Source of the DNA: a bacterium | Lineage (GTDB): Bacteria > Myxococcota_A > Bradymonadia > Bradymonadales > Bradymonadaceae | Length of the DNA stretch: 28,630 bases | Assembly: GCA_030427705.1 (NCBI GenBank) | Contig: JAUIBR010000002.1 | Span: 1 to 28,630, forward strand | Reading direction: 5' to 3' | Part shown: positions 26,512 through 28,630 of the stretch, in pieces | Position numbering within the stretch: the stretch's first letter is position 1 | Layout: each line of letters begins with the position of its first letter | Notes under the pieces: generated by a model | What the model was told of the DNA's origin: nothing | Database searches by the model: none | The model's input: only the letters and a program-made list of their open reading frames with translations | Program-made: the position numbers and the translations under genes

Positions 26512-26888
26512 TTCTTCGTTTCTACCTTCTCGAATTCAATCGCGAATGTGTGGCGACAAGCGGTCTCTTCGCAAAGTAGACTGAAGATGCCCTGTCCGTC
26601 ATGAAGCCCTTTTTCATTGGCTTCAGCACTGATCTCCATCTCCATTTTGCACTTCGACTCAGGAATCTCGCCGCCCACGTTGGTGATGAACCGTTTGCAT
26701 TGCTGGCCCTTTCGAACCGGCACCGTGTCGGAATGCGACTCAAACTGCTTCGCAATGTTGTCTGGGCAGGTGCCCTCGATCGCGGTGAGTTTCATGGCGT
26801 ACTCGCCTTCCGGAATCTCGCAGACCTTCTCTTCCTTGCAGGCGCTGACCAACACGACGAGAGCTAGGATGGTTGATAATCTGTTCAT
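26508..26888 (-). CDS. small Cys-rich lipoprotein
   Basis: An ATG lies at 26888 inside track ORF 26508..26981. The signal peptide with lipobox is MNRLSTILALVVLVSACKEE. The mature part has 7 Cys. Its stop overlaps the start of the fused membrane/SpeE-like gene (4 nt). Confidence 0.6.
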   Translation of the reverse strand: MNRLSTILALVVLVSACKEEKVCEIPEGEYAMKLTAIEGTCPDNIAKQFESHSDTVPVRKGQQCKRFITNVGGEIPESKCKMEMEISAEANEKGLHDGQGIFSLLCEETACRHTFAIEFEKVETKK

Positions 26889-26905
26889 GGTCAGATGTTT
26901 GCACG

Positions 26906-26917
26906 GTTCGATCGAAC
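26906..26917. promoter_or_regulatory. perfect 12-bp palindrome GTTCGATCGAAC in the divergent intergenic region between the Cys-rich lipoprotein/bio block and the aminotransferase gene
   Basis: It was read directly (..gcacgGTTCGATCGAACatacc..). It is a candidate operator. No cognate regulator gene is in the window. Confidence 0.3.
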
Positions 26918-26946
26918 ATACCAGCCAGATGCGAAAGTGCGGCAAG

Positions 26947-26970
26947 CCTTTGCGTATTGCGGCGCAAAGG
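26947..26970. promoter_or_regulatory. 8-bp inverted repeat CCTTTGCG-N8-CGCAAAGG in the same divergent region
   Basis: It was read directly (..aagCCTTTGCGtattgcggCGCAAAGGtgtag..). Confidence 0.25.
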
Positions 26971-27004
26971 TGTAGACACACTGCGTCATTTTACAGGCGA
27001 GACT

Positions 27005-28285
27005 ATGCAGCGCATCGACGAAAACCCAGAAAGTCCAATCATCCCAGCAATCCGTGAGGTGCCCCGCACCGGCGTGATCTTCGTCATGAACGAAGCGAAA
27101 GAAGCAGGATACGAGGCGGATGACCCGGCATGGACCAATTTCGGTCAGGGGCAGCCAGAGGCCGGACAGATGCCGGGAGCACCCAAGCGCGTCGAGTCGG
27201 TCACCGTCAATCTCGCTGACCATGAGTACTCGCCGGTTCCAGGCCTGTGGGAGCTGCGTGAAGCCGTCGCGGATTACTATAACGACACGTTCCGACGCGG
27301 CATGCCGTCAAAGTACTCCGCCGAAAATGTCGCCATCTCGGGTGGTGGACGTGCGGGTTTGACGCGCGTCGCAGCTTCGTTGGGTCAAGTACACCTGGGG
27401 CACTTCCTGCCCGACTACACGGCGTACGAAGAGCTATTAGGCCTGTTCCGTAACTTCGTTCCGATTCCAATCTTGTTGGATCCCGACCGTGGATACGACT
27501 TCTCGCTCGACCAGCTTGAGCGCGAGATTTTAGGTCGCGGCCTTGGCGCGCTCCTGTTGTCGAATCCATGCAATCCCACCGGAAAGCTAATTCACGGAGA
27601 GGCGCTTCGTGGCTGGGTGTCAACCGCTCGCCGCGTCGATTGCACGCTCATCTTGGACGAGTTCTACAGCCACTATGTGTATACGGGTGACGAAAACGGC
27701 TTCAAAGAGGCCACAGCAGCCGCGTACGTCGAGGACGTCGACACGGACCCTGTTGTCATCATCAACGGCCTTACGAAGAACTGGCGCTATCCTGGTTGGC
27801 GTGTGTCGTGGACATTGGGTCCCAAACGCGTCATCAACAGCCTGGCGAGCGCTGGTAGCTTCCTGGATGGTGGCGCATCTCGTCCGCTGCAGCGGGCGGC
27901 AATTCCTTTGCTGAATCGTGAACATGTCCAGGCGGAGATCGCCGCGGTCCAAAAACGTTTCCGCGCGAAACGGTCCATGATGTTGAGCCGCCTGACGGCA
28001 ATGGGCATCCACATCGACCGTCCACCCGAGGGTACGTTCTACGTCTGGGGCGACGTGTCTCCCCTGCCCCCCGGGATCGATGATGGCATGTCGTTCTTCC
28101 GCGAGGCGCTGCAGAACCAGTGCATTTGTGTTCCCGGCGAGTTCTTCGATGTGAACCCCGGACAGCGACGGCTTGGTCGGCGAAGCCGCTTCAAATCACA
28201 TGTGCGATTCAGCTTCGGCCCACCCCAAGAAACGCTTGAAGCCGGCTTGGACCGGCTTGAAGCGATGATTAAGTCGTATTCCTAA
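27005..28285 (+). CDS. pyridoxal-phosphate-dependent aminotransferase, class I/II fold
   Basis: An ATG lies at 27005, in frame in track ORF 26873..28285. Motifs are ..LLLSNPCNPTGK.. and the PLP-Lys region ..INGLTKNWRYPGWRVSW... It is ~426 aa and is transcribed divergently from the minus-strand block. Confidence 0.8.
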   Translation: MQRIDENPESPIIPAIREVPRTGVIFVMNEAKEAGYEADDPAWTNFGQGQPEAGQMPGAPKRVESVTVNLADHEYSPVPGLWELREAVADYYNDTFRRGMPSKYSAENVAISGGGRAGLTRVAASLGQVHLGHFLPDYTAYEELLGLFRNFVPIPILLDPDRGYDFSLDQLEREILGRGLGALLLSNPCNPTGKLIHGEALRGWVSTARRVDCTLILDEFYSHYVYTGDENGFKEATAAAYVEDVDTDPVVIINGLTKNWRYPGWRVSWTLGPKRVINSLASAGSFLDGGASRPLQRAAIPLLNREHVQAEIAAVQKRFRAKRSMMLSRLTAMGIHIDRPPEGTFYVWGDVSPLPPGIDDGMSFFREALQNQCICVPGEFFDVNPGQRRLGRRSRFKSHVRFSFGPPQETLEAGLDRLEAMIKSYS

Positions 28286-28294
28286 CTCGTCCGA

Positions 28295-28630
28295 CTACTC
28301 GTTTTCGACCGCACCTGCGGCGATCCAAGTTTGGATATCGCCGAGTTCAGCCTCGGACAGTCGCCCTTCACCCGTGAGGGGATTGTAAGGCATCGGCAAT
28401 CCGACGATGTCAGGGTCGTTGTTGAGTTTGTGCCAGAGGTAGCTGTTCTCGTAATCGCCGGGTTCGACAAGGTTGAGTTCAGGTTTCTGAATTGAAGGCT
28501 GAAGCAGCGCCTCATACGCACCTTCGAGCAGGTTCAGGTCAGCATCAGGGCTCGCACCACCGTGGCAGCCGCCACAGTTGGCTTCCAGAATCTTCGAGAT
28601 TCGAGTTTCCCAAGTCACGCCTTCACCCAA
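28295..28630 (-). CDS. C-terminal part of a c-type-cytochrome-domain protein (5' end lies outside the window)
   Basis: It carries the heme-binding CxxCH motif (ANCGGCHGGASPD). The frame is open to the window edge. Confidence 0.55.
   Translation of the reverse strand: MGEGVTWETRISKILEANCGGCHGGASPDADLNLLEGAYEALLQPSIQKPELNLVEPGDYENSYLWHKLNNDPDIVGLPMPYNPLTGEGRLSEAELGDIQTWIAAGAVENE

Overview
This is a GC-rich (roughly 60% by eye) bacterial chromosomal window. The envelope-protein repertoire, the Ser/Thr-kinase fold and the TonB/Glt-like gene context suggest a Myxococcota or delta-proteobacterial-type genome; that is inference, not a database result. Almost every base is coding. No rRNA, tRNA, CRISPR array or IS/transposase was seen.

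Three blocks are apparent.

(A) Bases 1-8822, + strand. This is a translationally coupled operon of seven secreted, lipoprotein or outer-membrane proteins: a BNR/Asp-box beta-propeller lipoprotein, two small lipoproteins, a small outer-membrane beta-barrel, a ~490-aa TPR lipoprotein, a 1093-aa TPR lipoprotein and a Lys-rich coiled-coil lipoprotein. The tail of an upstream gene precedes them.

(B) Bases 8855-17509, - strand, convergent with block A. This is an eight-gene coupled operon. It encodes a Cys-rich lipoprotein and a Ca-binding (thrombospondin-type-3 repeat) lipoprotein. It then encodes ExbB/TolQ, ExbD/TolR and a second ExbD/TolR in which the conserved transmembrane Asp is Asn, followed by a secreted poly-Lys/poly-Glu protein. 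The seventh gene encodes a 1033-aa protein with a degenerate Ser/Thr-kinase (pseudokinase) domain, a transmembrane helix, a Lys/Pro linker and a TonB-C-like domain. A lipoprotein gene closes the operon. Blocks A and B together look like a Glt/Nfs-like trans-envelope machine with its own proton-motive-force motor, whose TonB-like energy transducer carries a cytoplasmic pseudokinase. This is the most interesting candidate system in the window.

(C) Bases 17591-26888, - strand. This block holds a Tat-secreted DUF1501 protein and a DUF1800 protein, then a bioB-bioA-bioD-bioF biotin operon. Immediately upstream of bioB are a fused polytopic-membrane/spermidine-synthase-like protein and a Cys-rich lipoprotein. 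A class-I aminotransferase is transcribed divergently on the + strand. The window ends in a c-type cytochrome fragment.

Sub-gene coordinates were derived by arithmetic from the ORF track. Coordinates of intergenic motifs were counted by hand and may be off by 1-2 nt.
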